From: Gemmatimonadota bacterium
GTDB taxonomy: Bacteria > Gemmatimonadota > Gemmatimonadetes > Longimicrobiales > RSA9
NCBI GenBank assembly: GCA_040905425.1
Contig: JBBDRO010000015.1
Span: 29,384-57,379 of the forward strand
Length of the DNA: 27,996 nt
Direction: 5' to 3'
Every line of letters starts with the position of its first letter. The stretch's first letter is position 1. The position numbers and the translations under genes are program-made. The notes beneath the pieces are model-generated. The model searched no databases and had not been told where the DNA came from. It saw only the letters and a list, made by a program, of their open reading frames with translations. This document shows positions 9,611 through 17,333 of this stretch, one piece after another.

Positions 9611-9646
9611 GGAGGCCCGGCGGCGCAACGCGCTGACCGGGCCTTC
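9611..9646 (+). terminator. GC-rich hairpin after the tRNA, probable terminator or processing stem
   Basis: GGAGGCCCGG-CGGCGC-AAC-GCGCTG-A-CCGGGCCTTC; U tract is weak. Confidence 0.5.
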
Positions 9647-9731
9647 GTGCGTCCGGTGCTGTCGCGCCCGGTGGGGCACCGCTCTCGCCCGCACCGGGCC
9701 GGCGGGTCATCCGGCAGGAGCCAGCAACCAT

Positions 9732-11165
9732 ATGCGCGGCATGAGCAGAGGAAACGTCACCGTCATCGGGTCCGGACCGAACGGCCTGGCCGCCGCCGTG
9801 GCCATGGCACGTCGGGGCCACCCCGTCACCGTGCTCGAGGCAAGGGATACCATCGGTGGCGGCACGCGCACCGAGGAGCTCACCCTGCCGGGCTTCCTGC
9901 ACGACGTCTGCTCCGCCGTCCACCCCATGGCGGTCAGCTCACCGTTCTTCCGCGAGCTGCCGCTAGCCGAGCACGGGCTGACGTGGGTCCATCCGCCGGT
10001 GCTGGCTGCGCATCCGTTCGACGATGGCAGCGCGGCGGTGCTCATGCGCTCCACGGCGGACACCGGCGCCAGCCTGGGCGTAGACGCGCGCGCCTATCAG
10101 GCGCTCATGGATCCCTTCGTGGAGAACTGGCAGGCCATCTTCCAGCACGGCATGGGCCCGCCGCTCCGCCTGCCGCGGCACCCCGTCACGCTGGCCCGCT
10201 TCGGCGCGCTGGGCGTGCGCTCCGCGCTGGGGCTGGCGCACAGCCGCTTTGAGGGACCGCGCGCCCGCGCGCTGCTGGTGGGCATCTGCGCGCACGTCCT
10301 GCTGCCCATGAACCGATCTCCCTCGGCGGCGTTCGGACTCATGCTGGCGCTGGCGGGGCACGGTGCGGGGTGGCCGATTCCCCGGGGCGGGTCGCGGGCC
10401 ATCACCGACGCGCTCGCGCGGCTGCTCCGCACCCATGGCGGAAGCATCGAGACGGGCGTAGAGGTGCGCGACATCGACGTCCACCCTGCCCGACGCGCGG
10501 CGATCACCTTCATGGATCTCACGCCCCGCCAGGTCCTGGCCGTGGCGGGGCACCGCCTGCCGGGACGTTACCGGCGCCACCTGGAGCGGTTCCGGTATGC
10601 GCCGGGCGTATTCAAGATGGACTGGGCACTCTCCGAGCCCATCCCGTGGACGGCCGACGCGTGCCGCCGCGCGGGGACGCTCCACCTGGGGGGCAGCGCG
10701 GAGGCCATCGCCCGCTCCTCGGACGCGGCGTGGCGTGGGGAGCACGCCGCGGAGCCGCTTGTCATTCTTGCGCAGCCCACACTATTCGACCCGTCGCGGG
10801 CCCCGGCTGGTCGGCACGTGGCGTGGGCATACTGCCACGTGCCGCACGGATCCACACGCGACATGACCCGGGCGGTGGAGCGGCAAGTGGAGCGCTTCGC
10901 CCCCGGCTTCCGCGACATCGTCCTGGCGCGCAGCACCCGGGACACGCGCCAGATGGAGGCGCACAATCCCAACCTGGTGGGCGGAGACATCAGCGGCGGT
11001 GCGCAGGATCTGACGCAGCTCCTCTTCCGCCCCGCGCCCCGGCTGGATCCCTACGCCACGCCGGTGGACGGCCTCTATATCTGTTCGGCTTCCACGCCCC
11101 CCGGTGGCGGCGTGCACGGCATGTGCGGCTATCACGCTGCGCGCTCGGCGCTGCGCCGCCTCTGA
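9732..11165 (+). CDS. FAD-dependent oxidoreductase, phytoene dehydrogenase-like family
   Basis: VIGSGPNGLAAA Rossmann motif, LPGFLHDVCSAVHP, C-terminal LYICSASTPPGGGVHGMCG; start could instead be 9741. Confidence 0.88.
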   Translation: MRGMSRGNVTVIGSGPNGLAAAVAMARRGHPVTVLEARDTIGGGTRTEELTLPGFLHDVCSAVHPMAVSSPFFRELPLAEHGLTWVHPPVLAAHPFDDGSAAVLMRSTADTGASLGVDARAYQALMDPFVENWQAIFQHGMGPPLRLPRHPVTLARFGALGVRSALGLAHSRFEGPRARALLVGICAHVLLPMNRSPSAAFGLMLALAGHGAGWPIPRGGSRAITDALARLLRTHGGSIETGVEVRDIDVHPARRAAITFMDLTPRQVLAVAGHRLPGRYRRHLERFRYAPGVFKMDWALSEPIPWTADACRRAGTLHLGGSAEAIARSSDAAWRGEHAAEPLVILAQPTLFDPSRAPAGRHVAWAYCHVPHGSTRDMTRAVERQVERFAPGFRDIVLARSTRDTRQMEAHNPNLVGGDISGGAQDLTQLLFRPAPRLDPYATPVDGLYICSASTPPGGGVHGMCGYHAARSALRRL

Positions 11166-11230
11166 GCACACCACGAGCCATCCGCTCGGTCGTTGCGGTC
11201 GACGGGCCGAGGATATACCCTTTTGATACC

Positions 11231-11731
11231 ATGGACGAACTGGATCTGGCCATTCTGGCGTGCCTGCAGAGCAACGGGCGCATGTCAAACGCGGAGATGG
11301 GCCGCCGCGTGGGCCTCGTGCCCTCCGCCGTCTACCAGCGCGTCCGCAAGCTGGAGGAGCAGGGGGTCATCCGGGGCTACCGCGTGGAGTTGGATCCCGT
11401 GGCCCTGGATCAGGGGCTCCTGGCCTTCGTCACGGTGCGCACCTCCGAAGGCGCCCGGGCGCCGGAGACCTCGGCGGCGCTGGCCGGTATCCCCGAGGTG
11501 CTCGAAGTGCACCGCGTGGTGGGCGAGGACTGCTTCTTCCTCAAGGTGCGCGTGGCCGACACCGCCGCACTCGGTCGTCTGCTCGACGAGACGATTCAAC
11601 CGCTCAAACAGGTGGCGTCCACGCGCACGACGATCGTGCTGTGCACGGCCAAGGACGCGCCCGGCGCCAGGGTGCACGTCCCGGCTCCCGCCCCGTCGTT
11701 AGACAACGAAACGTTGTCGGAATCCGCCTAG
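11231..11731 (+). CDS. Lrp/AsnC family transcriptional regulator
   Basis: MDELDLAILACLQSNGRMSNAEMGRRVGL...RVRKLEEQGVIRGY; EVHRVVGEDCFFLKV; start at ATG 11231. Confidence 0.92.
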   Translation: MDELDLAILACLQSNGRMSNAEMGRRVGLVPSAVYQRVRKLEEQGVIRGYRVELDPVALDQGLLAFVTVRTSEGARAPETSAALAGIPEVLEVHRVVGEDCFFLKVRVADTAALGRLLDETIQPLKQVASTRTTIVLCTAKDAPGARVHVPAPAPSLDNETLSESA

Positions 11732-11842
11732 CCGGAACGGTTCGTTCCCGTCCGACGCTCCAGCTGGTCACAATGTGAGGTCCTGGCGCGTTTCCATAAA
11801 GGAACGTGCTCTAACCAATGGACCCGGCTCAGGAGTGACCGC

Positions 11843-12511
11843 ATGCAGCACGCAGGATTCATCCCGACCCATCACGCACCGACCCTGATTCTGGCTGCGG
11901 CAATCGCGCTGGCCGGATGCGGCGGCGGTGACAGCCCCACCAACAATGACGACGATCCCACAGGGAGCATCCAGGCCTCCGTGACCGCCGACGCCGCCGC
12001 GCGCAGCGGCGTGACGGTTCGCGTTCTGGACGTGGGCGCCACCCAGCCGCGCGCCACCCAGACCACCAGCTCGGCCGGCACGGCCGTATTCGGCAATCTG
12101 CCGGTGGCATCCTACGACGTGGACATCACCGTCCCCACCGGCTTCACGCTGGCCAGCGGCCAGACGGCGAGCCGCCGGGTCACCGTGACGGCCAACAACC
12201 AGGCCGCCGTGGCCTTTGCCCTGGTGGCGAGCGGCGGCGGGGGGGGCGGCGGCGACCAGATCATCAACATCCAGGGGCTCGCCTTCAGCCCGAGCGACGT
12301 GACCATCTCCGCGGGCACGAGGGTCACGTGGAGGAATCCGGACAACACCTTCCACACGGTCACGCCTGACGGCCACACGGCGTGGGTCGAGGCCAACCTG
12401 CCCTCCGCCGGGAGCTCGTTCAGCCACACCTTCAATGAGACCGGGACGTTCGCCTACTACTGCTCACCCCACCGGGGCGCGGGCATGACCGGCATCATCC
12501 GCGTCCAGTGA
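11843..12511 (+). CDS. Lipoprotein with carboxypeptidase-regulatory-like beta-sandwich and a C-terminal type-1 blue-copper (cupredoxin) domain
   Basis: AGGAG RBS; lipobox LAGC; poly-Gly linker; copper ligands FHTVT...YYCSPHRGAGM (H, C, H, M). Confidence 0.85.
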   Translation: MQHAGFIPTHHAPTLILAAAIALAGCGGGDSPTNNDDDPTGSIQASVTADAAARSGVTVRVLDVGATQPRATQTTSSAGTAVFGNLPVASYDVDITVPTGFTLASGQTASRRVTVTANNQAAVAFALVASGGGGGGGDQIINIQGLAFSPSDVTISAGTRVTWRNPDNTFHTVTPDGHTAWVEANLPSAGSSFSHTFNETGTFAYYCSPHRGAGMTGIIRVQ

Positions 12512-13638
12512 GCGGCGCCGTCCACCATCGCGTAGCGGCATGGGCGCTCGCCGGTGCCCTGGTGCTGACGGGCACCGCACCGGCCACTGGCCAGGCACTC
12601 ACGGAGCGCCCGCCCGGCCTGGACGACCCGTGGACGGTGGCGCCCGGGGTGCTCCAGTTCAACTTCGTGCACCGCTTCGAGGCCACGCCGGCGCCGGCGC
12701 GCAAGGTGCTGAACAGCCCCACGTTCCTGCTGGCGGCCGGGGTCGTGCCGGGCGTCATGGTGGGCGCCCGCTACGCCACCAGTTCGCTGGTGCGCACGGG
12801 CGTGCCCAACGAGTGGGAGTTCTTCGGCCGCTGGCAGGCGCTCGGACGTGCGCCGGACGCCCCCCTGGCCGTGGGGCTGCACGGGGGCTGGAACCACGCC
12901 GCCCGCAGCGTGGACGGCGAGCTCTCCGTGGCGGGCCAGGTGGGACCGCTGCGCCTGATCGGAGCCGCGCGCGGCTTCAGCGACGCCTTCCACGAGGGGG
13001 ACGCTCGCATGGCCCTGGCCGGAGGCGCCGTACTGCGCCTGCACGAGTGGCTGGCGCTCGCCGCCGACGCGGCCTCCATGCTGGACGGTGACGAGGACGC
13101 GGCGTGGAGCGCGGGCATCCACGCGCGCCTCCCCTATACGCCGCACACCCTTTCGCTGCACGTCTCCACCGCGCGCACCACGACGCTGCAGGGTGCCTCC
13201 CGGGGCGGCGACGCGCTGTGGGGATTCGAGTTCACCATTCCGCTCACCCTGAGCCGCTACCTGGGCGGCGCGTCCGGGACCACCGGCGCGGATGCGGGGA
13301 CGGATCCGCAGGGGAACCAGGGAGCCGTGGCGGCGGAGGTCACCATGACCAACACGCTCCGCTTCCTGCCGGACACGGTGCGCATCCGGGTGGGTGAGCG
13401 CGTGCGCTGGCGGAACACCTCCGACGTGGTGCACACGGTCACGGCCGACCGGGAGAAGGCGGCCGAGGCGGGCAACGTCCTGCTGCCGGCCGGCGCCGCG
13501 CCGTTCGATTCGGGAGACATGCCGCCCGGCGGGGTGTTCACCCACACGTTCGCGCGAGCGGGCACCTACCGCTACGTCTGCCTGCCGCACGAGCTCGCGG
13601 GCATGCTGGGCGTGGTCATCGTGGAGGAGGAGCCATGA
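12508..13638 (+). CDS. Predicted outer-membrane beta-barrel (DUF5777-like) fused to a C-terminal cupredoxin domain
   Basis: Signal peptide; LQFNFVHRF and amphipathic strands ending WGFEFTIPL; G/A/T-rich linker; VHTVT...YVCLPHELAGM; GTGA overlap with the upstream gene. Confidence 0.75.
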   Translation: MSGAVHHRVAAWALAGALVLTGTAPATGQALTERPPGLDDPWTVAPGVLQFNFVHRFEATPAPARKVLNSPTFLLAAGVVPGVMVGARYATSSLVRTGVPNEWEFFGRWQALGRAPDAPLAVGLHGGWNHAARSVDGELSVAGQVGPLRLIGAARGFSDAFHEGDARMALAGGAVLRLHEWLALAADAASMLDGDEDAAWSAGIHARLPYTPHTLSLHVSTARTTTLQGASRGGDALWGFEFTIPLTLSRYLGGASGTTGADAGTDPQGNQGAVAAEVTMTNTLRFLPDTVRIRVGERVRWRNTSDVVHTVTADREKAAEAGNVLLPAGAAPFDSGDMPPGGVFTHTFARAGTYRYVCLPHELAGMLGVVIVEEEP

Positions 13639-14039
13639 GGATCTCCGCTCGGACCGCCCTGCTCTGCACCGTCCTGCTGGCGGCGTGCTTCTCCGATCCG
13701 CCGGCGGGTCCTGAAGAGGACAATGGGGAGGCGGTGGTGGTACGCATGACGGCCCAACTCACCTTCGAGCCGGCCACGGTTCAGGTGGCGGCCGGGCAGA
13801 GCGTCCGCTGGGAGAATGTGTCCGTGCTGCCCCATACCGCCACGGGCGACCCCGCACGTGCCGCCGATCCCGACAACGTGGAGCTGCCGCCGGGTGCGGC
13901 CGCGTGGGATTCGGGGATCGTGAACGCCGGCGGCACCTACACGCAGACCTTCACCACGCCGGGCACCTACCGCTATGTGTGCCTGCCGCACGAGTCGGGC
14001 GGTATGGTGGGCACGGTGGAGGTGGTGGCGGGAAGCTGA
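13635..14039 (+). CDS. Plastocyanin/halocyanin-like blue-copper lipoprotein
   Basis: GGAGG RBS, ATGA overlap; lipobox LAAC; PHTAT...YVCLPHESGGM. Confidence 0.88.
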   Translation: MRISARTALLCTVLLAACFSDPPAGPEEDNGEAVVVRMTAQLTFEPATVQVAAGQSVRWENVSVLPHTATGDPARAADPDNVELPPGAAAWDSGIVNAGGTYTQTFTTPGTYRYVCLPHESGGMVGTVEVVAGS

Positions 14040-14046
14040 TACGAAG

Positions 14047-14072
14047 CGGGCCCCGGCAGCGGCCGGGGCCCG
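14047..14072. terminator. Perfect 11-bp-stem hairpin between convergent operons, likely terminator
   Basis: CGGGCCCCGGC-AGCG-GCCGGGGCCCG; a second, imperfect hairpin follows at about 14084-14109. Confidence 0.6.
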
Positions 14073-14114
14073 GTTGGGGGAACGCGGGGCCCGTGGATCG
14101 GGACCCCGCCGGGA

Positions 14115-16205
14115 TCAGGCGACCCTCGCAGGGGCGTGCGGGGCTACCGTCGCCTGAAGCTGGACAACCGCGGCTGGATGAGCACGGAGGATGGGGAAGT
14201 ACTTGACGATCACCAGGTACCCCATGATCTCCGCGGCCACGAGCCCCACCGTCACGGCGAACTCCGGGAGCGCCGGGAAGTAGCTGTAGCGCTCCCCCGG
14301 GTTGAAGGCAATGAGATAGGTGGAGAAGCGGTAGAGTGCCCCACCCAGGACCACCGCCACCGCGCCGAGCGCCAGGCGCAGGGGACCCGCGCCGTGCCGC
14401 CCGAAGAGAAGGAGGAGCGCGGGCACGAGCATCAGAGCCATCTCCACGCCGAAGAGCCAGCTATAAAAGTCCCCTGCCAGGATCTGCCCCAGACGCCCGC
14501 GGTAGACCACGTCACCCACCCGGAGTGCGCCATACGCCAGCAGCACCGCCGCGATCGGCACACCCAACGACCGTAGCATTGGCGTTTCGGCGGGCCGCTT
14601 GAAGACGCGCGCGGAAAGCGTGGACTCCACCGTTACGATGGCGTAGCCCATGCCCACGCAGGAGATGAGGAAGAGCGCCGGCAGCAGCGGCGTCTGCCAG
14701 AGCGGGTGCAGCTTCTGACCGGCCAGCATCATGAGGCTGCCGAGTGAGGACTGGTGCATGGTGGGCAGCACCATGCCGAGCGCGATCACCCACGGCATGG
14801 CCCGCTCCAGACGTGGCGTGAGCGCCAGCGCGGTCCTGCGCAGCGTCAGCCGCTCACTCTCCCGCCAGCGGTCCAGGAAGGCCGGCGCCACTTCGATCCA
14901 CAGCACCATGGTGTAGATCATGATGCAGAGCGCCACCTCCAGGAGGATGGAGTTGAAGTTCCAGTCCCAGAAGTAGAGCGGGATCTTGTAGAAATTCCAC
15001 GGCCGTCCGATGTCGATGAGCACGCTGATGCCCCCCAGCGTGTAGCCCAGCGCGCTCGTCACGACCGCAGCTCGCACCAGCGGGTGGTACTTCCCCTTGT
15101 TCAGCAGGTAGACCAGGAGTGCCACCGCGTAGCCACCGCAGGCCAGCGCCGTGCCGGTGACCACGTCGAAGGCAATCCACAGCCCCATGGGATAGCCGTC
15201 GTTCAGGTTGGTGGTGGCTCCGAGACCCGCGCCGAAGCGCCACAGGACCGCCAGCGCGCCCAGGAGCGCCAGCGCGCCGAGCATGATGAACGGCCAGGTG
15301 AAGAGCCGGCCGCCCACCGGCGTGGACACTTCGTGTGAGGGCGCCCCGGCGTCCGCGTTCTGCTCCGCCGCCCGGGTGTTGCGCCGCACCACCAGCGCCA
15401 GCGTACCAAAGAGCGCCAGAGGTGCCACGAAGCCCTTGTAGAGCGTGTGCTGGATCTTCTCCGGCAGCACCGCCACCGACGCCTGGCCCAGCTCGGGCAA
15501 TCCCATCTCGGCGAACGAGACACCGGCGCGAGCCAGGTAGAGCACCTGGGTGCCGCCCCCGTCGAACTCGCCGTAGACCTTAGGGTTGTAGCCGTCGGGA
15601 TCTGCCGCGATGCGGCGGTGGGCCACGTCGAGCATGTCCCGGCGGGTGCCGTAGACGAGTGCGCCGCGCTTGCAGTTGGCCACGCACGCGGGCGGTTTGC
15701 CCTGCGCGCGCAGCTCCGGGCAGAGCTGGCACTTGGCCAGCTCGGGCACCGGCGTGTCCCACTCGAAGCGCGGTACCACGTACGGGCAGGCGATCTGGCA
15801 GTAGCGGCACCCCACGCACAGGTCGGCGTTCCACACCACGGCCCCCTGCGCGTCCTTGTGCATGGCGCCCAGCATGCAGGCGCTCACGCAGGCCGGGTCC
15901 ACACAGTGCATGCACTGCGTCTTCAAATACGCGTGGCCCCCGTCGGCGCAGTCGTGGCGGGTGAGAATGCTCAGCACGTCGGGGCCGAGATCCGTGATCG
16001 CGTCCTCCGGCGTGCTGCAACCGTTGACCTCCCGGCACCCGCGCACGCAGTTCTTACAACCCACGCAGCGGGTGGAGTCGTAGAGGACGCTGACCAGATC
16101 GTCCGTTGATTCGGTGGCGGGGCGGGCCTGCAGCCGCCGCGGCACCGTGACACTCGCGCCTGCAAGTGCCAGGGACTTGAGAGCGGTACGCCTGCTTATG
16201 GGCAT
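14115..16205 (-). CDS. hybAB: Fused HybA-like 4x[4Fe-4S] ferredoxin and HybB-like NrfD-family membrane subunit
   Basis: Tat signal SRRTALK; Cys motifs CVGCKNCVRGC, CMHCVDPACVSAC, CVGCRYCQIAC, CQLC...PACVANC; HybA-type tail KIQHTLYKG; HybB-type motifs LWIAFDVVTGTALACGGY, DIGRPWN, LPTMHQSSLGSL, KLHPLW; GGAGG RBS. Confidence 0.9.
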   Translation of the reverse strand: MPISRRTALKSLALAGASVTVPRRLQARPATESTDDLVSVLYDSTRCVGCKNCVRGCREVNGCSTPEDAITDLGPDVLSILTRHDCADGGHAYLKTQCMHCVDPACVSACMLGAMHKDAQGAVVWNADLCVGCRYCQIACPYVVPRFEWDTPVPELAKCQLCPELRAQGKPPACVANCKRGALVYGTRRDMLDVAHRRIAADPDGYNPKVYGEFDGGGTQVLYLARAGVSFAEMGLPELGQASVAVLPEKIQHTLYKGFVAPLALFGTLALVVRRNTRAAEQNADAGAPSHEVSTPVGGRLFTWPFIMLGALALLGALAVLWRFGAGLGATTNLNDGYPMGLWIAFDVVTGTALACGGYAVALLVYLLNKGKYHPLVRAAVVTSALGYTLGGISVLIDIGRPWNFYKIPLYFWDWNFNSILLEVALCIMIYTMVLWIEVAPAFLDRWRESERLTLRRTALALTPRLERAMPWVIALGMVLPTMHQSSLGSLMMLAGQKLHPLWQTPLLPALFLISCVGMGYAIVTVESTLSARVFKRPAETPMLRSLGVPIAAVLLAYGALRVGDVVYRGRLGQILAGDFYSWLFGVEMALMLVPALLLLFGRHGAGPLRLALGAVAVVLGGALYRFSTYLIAFNPGERYSYFPALPEFAVTVGLVAAEIMGYLVIVKYFPILRAHPAAVVQLQATVAPHAPARVA

Positions 16206-16253
16206 GATTCGCCTCCCCTCCTCGCGCCCATGGATCCCGGTCGTGATGCCGGG

Positions 16254-16364
16254 TCAGGAGCCGATGAGAAGGTTCTGGCGCTCGCGCCGGGCCTGCCGCT
16301 TGTGGGAAGCGCTGTCGATGCCTACCAGCAGCGCTGCGATTACGATGAACAGGACGTATCCCAT
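16254..16364 (-). CDS. 36-aa single-pass membrane peptide MGYVLFIVIAALLVGIDSASHKRQARRERQNLLIGS (absent from the ORF track)
   Basis: GGAGG 5 nt upstream of ATG; hydrophobic N-terminus then a basic tail; lies between the promoter and hybAB on the same strand. Confidence 0.65.
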   Translation of the reverse strand: MGYVLFIVIAALLVGIDSASHKRQARRERQNLLIGS

Positions 16365-16527
16365 GACCGCCTCCGTCACTGGACGGGCCGCGGAGCCTGG
16401 CCGGCCCATGCCCCGCCCCGGGCCCCTGGCCGGCCCCCCGAAGGGGTCGCCCCGTCGATTCCGTCCGATTCGCCTCCAAACCCGGGGCGGAGCAGACTGG
16501 AACGTCCGAGTTTCCTTGTCTGCATCA

Positions 16528-16572
16528 ATAGTAATACCGCGTTAATTATTACGCAAGACATTTATCACGATT
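16528..16572 (-). promoter_or_regulatory. Sigma70 promoter TTGCGT-17-TACTAT for the peptide-hybAB unit, with an adjacent CRP/FNR-type half-site AATCGTGAT
   Basis: -35 at 16556-16551, -10 at 16533-16528 within an AT-rich patch; half-site at 16572-16564. Confidence 0.6.
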
Positions 16573-16722
16573 GAGTTCGAGCCGCCTTCTATAGTGTGGA
16601 AAGATGTTGGGGGAGCAGGGAAAATATGGAGAAAGGGGATCCACCAGAGGATCCACCGGGGCGGCGAGGGCAAGCGGGGAGAGTTCGGTGGCGTTCGGCG
16701 CCGCGGCTCGGGCAACCTGCGC

Positions 16723-16750
16723 CAGGGGGCGCCCCGCGAGGCGCCCCCTG
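16723..16750. terminator. Perfect 11-bp-stem hairpin downstream of the 71-aa ORF
   Basis: CAGGGGGCGCC-CCGCGA-GGCGCCCCCTG; no clear U tract. Confidence 0.5.
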
Positions 16751-16813
16751 ACCTACTGCATCTATGGCACGCGCAGCCGTTGTGCGCGCGCGGGTCTCAC
16801 CTCATTTCCCTGA

Positions 16814-17029
16814 TCAGGCGCTCCGCGCCAGGTCCAGACGCTCCGTGCGCCGCATGGCGGCGTCCAGGTCATCCATGACCGCGTACATACCCAGGAGGGC
16901 ACCGTCCGCGTTCTCGGGCAGGACCTCCATCTCGTACAGGGCCTCGAAGAGTGCATGGGACAATTCGTCCCTCATGGCTTCCAGCCGCTTCGTCTGACCC
17001 GCATCGGGACTGACAAACCGCCGCAGCAT
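16814..17029 (-). CDS. 71-aa hypothetical helical protein (MLRRFVSPDAGQ...LDLARSA)
   Basis: GGAGG RBS at 17040-17036; amphipathic helical composition; candidate promoter upstream and hairpin downstream. Confidence 0.65.
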   Translation of the reverse strand: MLRRFVSPDAGQTKRLEAMRDELSHALFEALYEMEVLPENADGALLGMYAVMDDLDAAMRRTERLDLARSA

Positions 17030-17142
17030 TGCCGTCCTCCCGCTTTCCGCCACCGGCCGCTCCGGTGAGCCCCGGTGGTCCGGGGTGCGCTCGGCCGCCG
17101 CGCCATGCCTCAACACGCGGCGGGGGCGAGCACTGTAGATCT

Positions 17143-17170
17143 AATATAAACGCAGGTTAACAAAAGGCAA
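17143..17170 (-). promoter_or_regulatory. Putative sigma70 promoter TTGCCT-16-TATATT for the 71-aa gene
   Basis: Hexamers at 17170-17165 and 17148-17143 in an AT-rich patch. Confidence 0.45.
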
Positions 17171-17174
17171 GATA

Positions 17175-17196
17175 AATCGTGATTTACATCACGTTT
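17175..17196. promoter_or_regulatory. CRP/FNR-family binding site
   Basis: AATCGTGATTTACATCACGTTT; core CGTGAT-N4-ATCACG; 17/22 identity to the CRP consensus AAATGTGATCTAGATCACATTT. Confidence 0.7.
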
Positions 17197-17244
17197 TGGG
17201 AAATGCTGTCCCAAAAGGTGCTCTGGAGGCCGCTTGTACGAAAC

Positions 17245-17276
17245 CATTGCGGACAAAAATGTCCGCAATGTATATT
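17245..17276 (+). promoter_or_regulatory. MarR-gene promoter (TTGCGG-18-TATATT) covered by a perfect 11-4-11 inverted repeat, candidate operator
   Basis: CATTGCGGACA-AAAA-TGTCCGCAATG at 17245-17270; TATATT at 17271-17276. Confidence 0.65.
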
Positions 17277-17333
17277 CTACCCCAGTAGAAAGATTACGCG
17301 GGATCATACGATATCACCTGGAGCGGTTCTCCC

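Noticed and set aside
11702..11809. Short inverted repeats upstream of the cupredoxin operon (GACAACG-AAA-CGTTGTC, GGAACG-GTT-CGTTCC, TCACA-A-TGTGA)
   Set aside because: Short, mutually unrelated, and not assignable to a known copper regulator site with confidence
16765..16782. TGGCACG as a sigma54 -24 element
   Set aside because: No TTGC at the required -12 spacing
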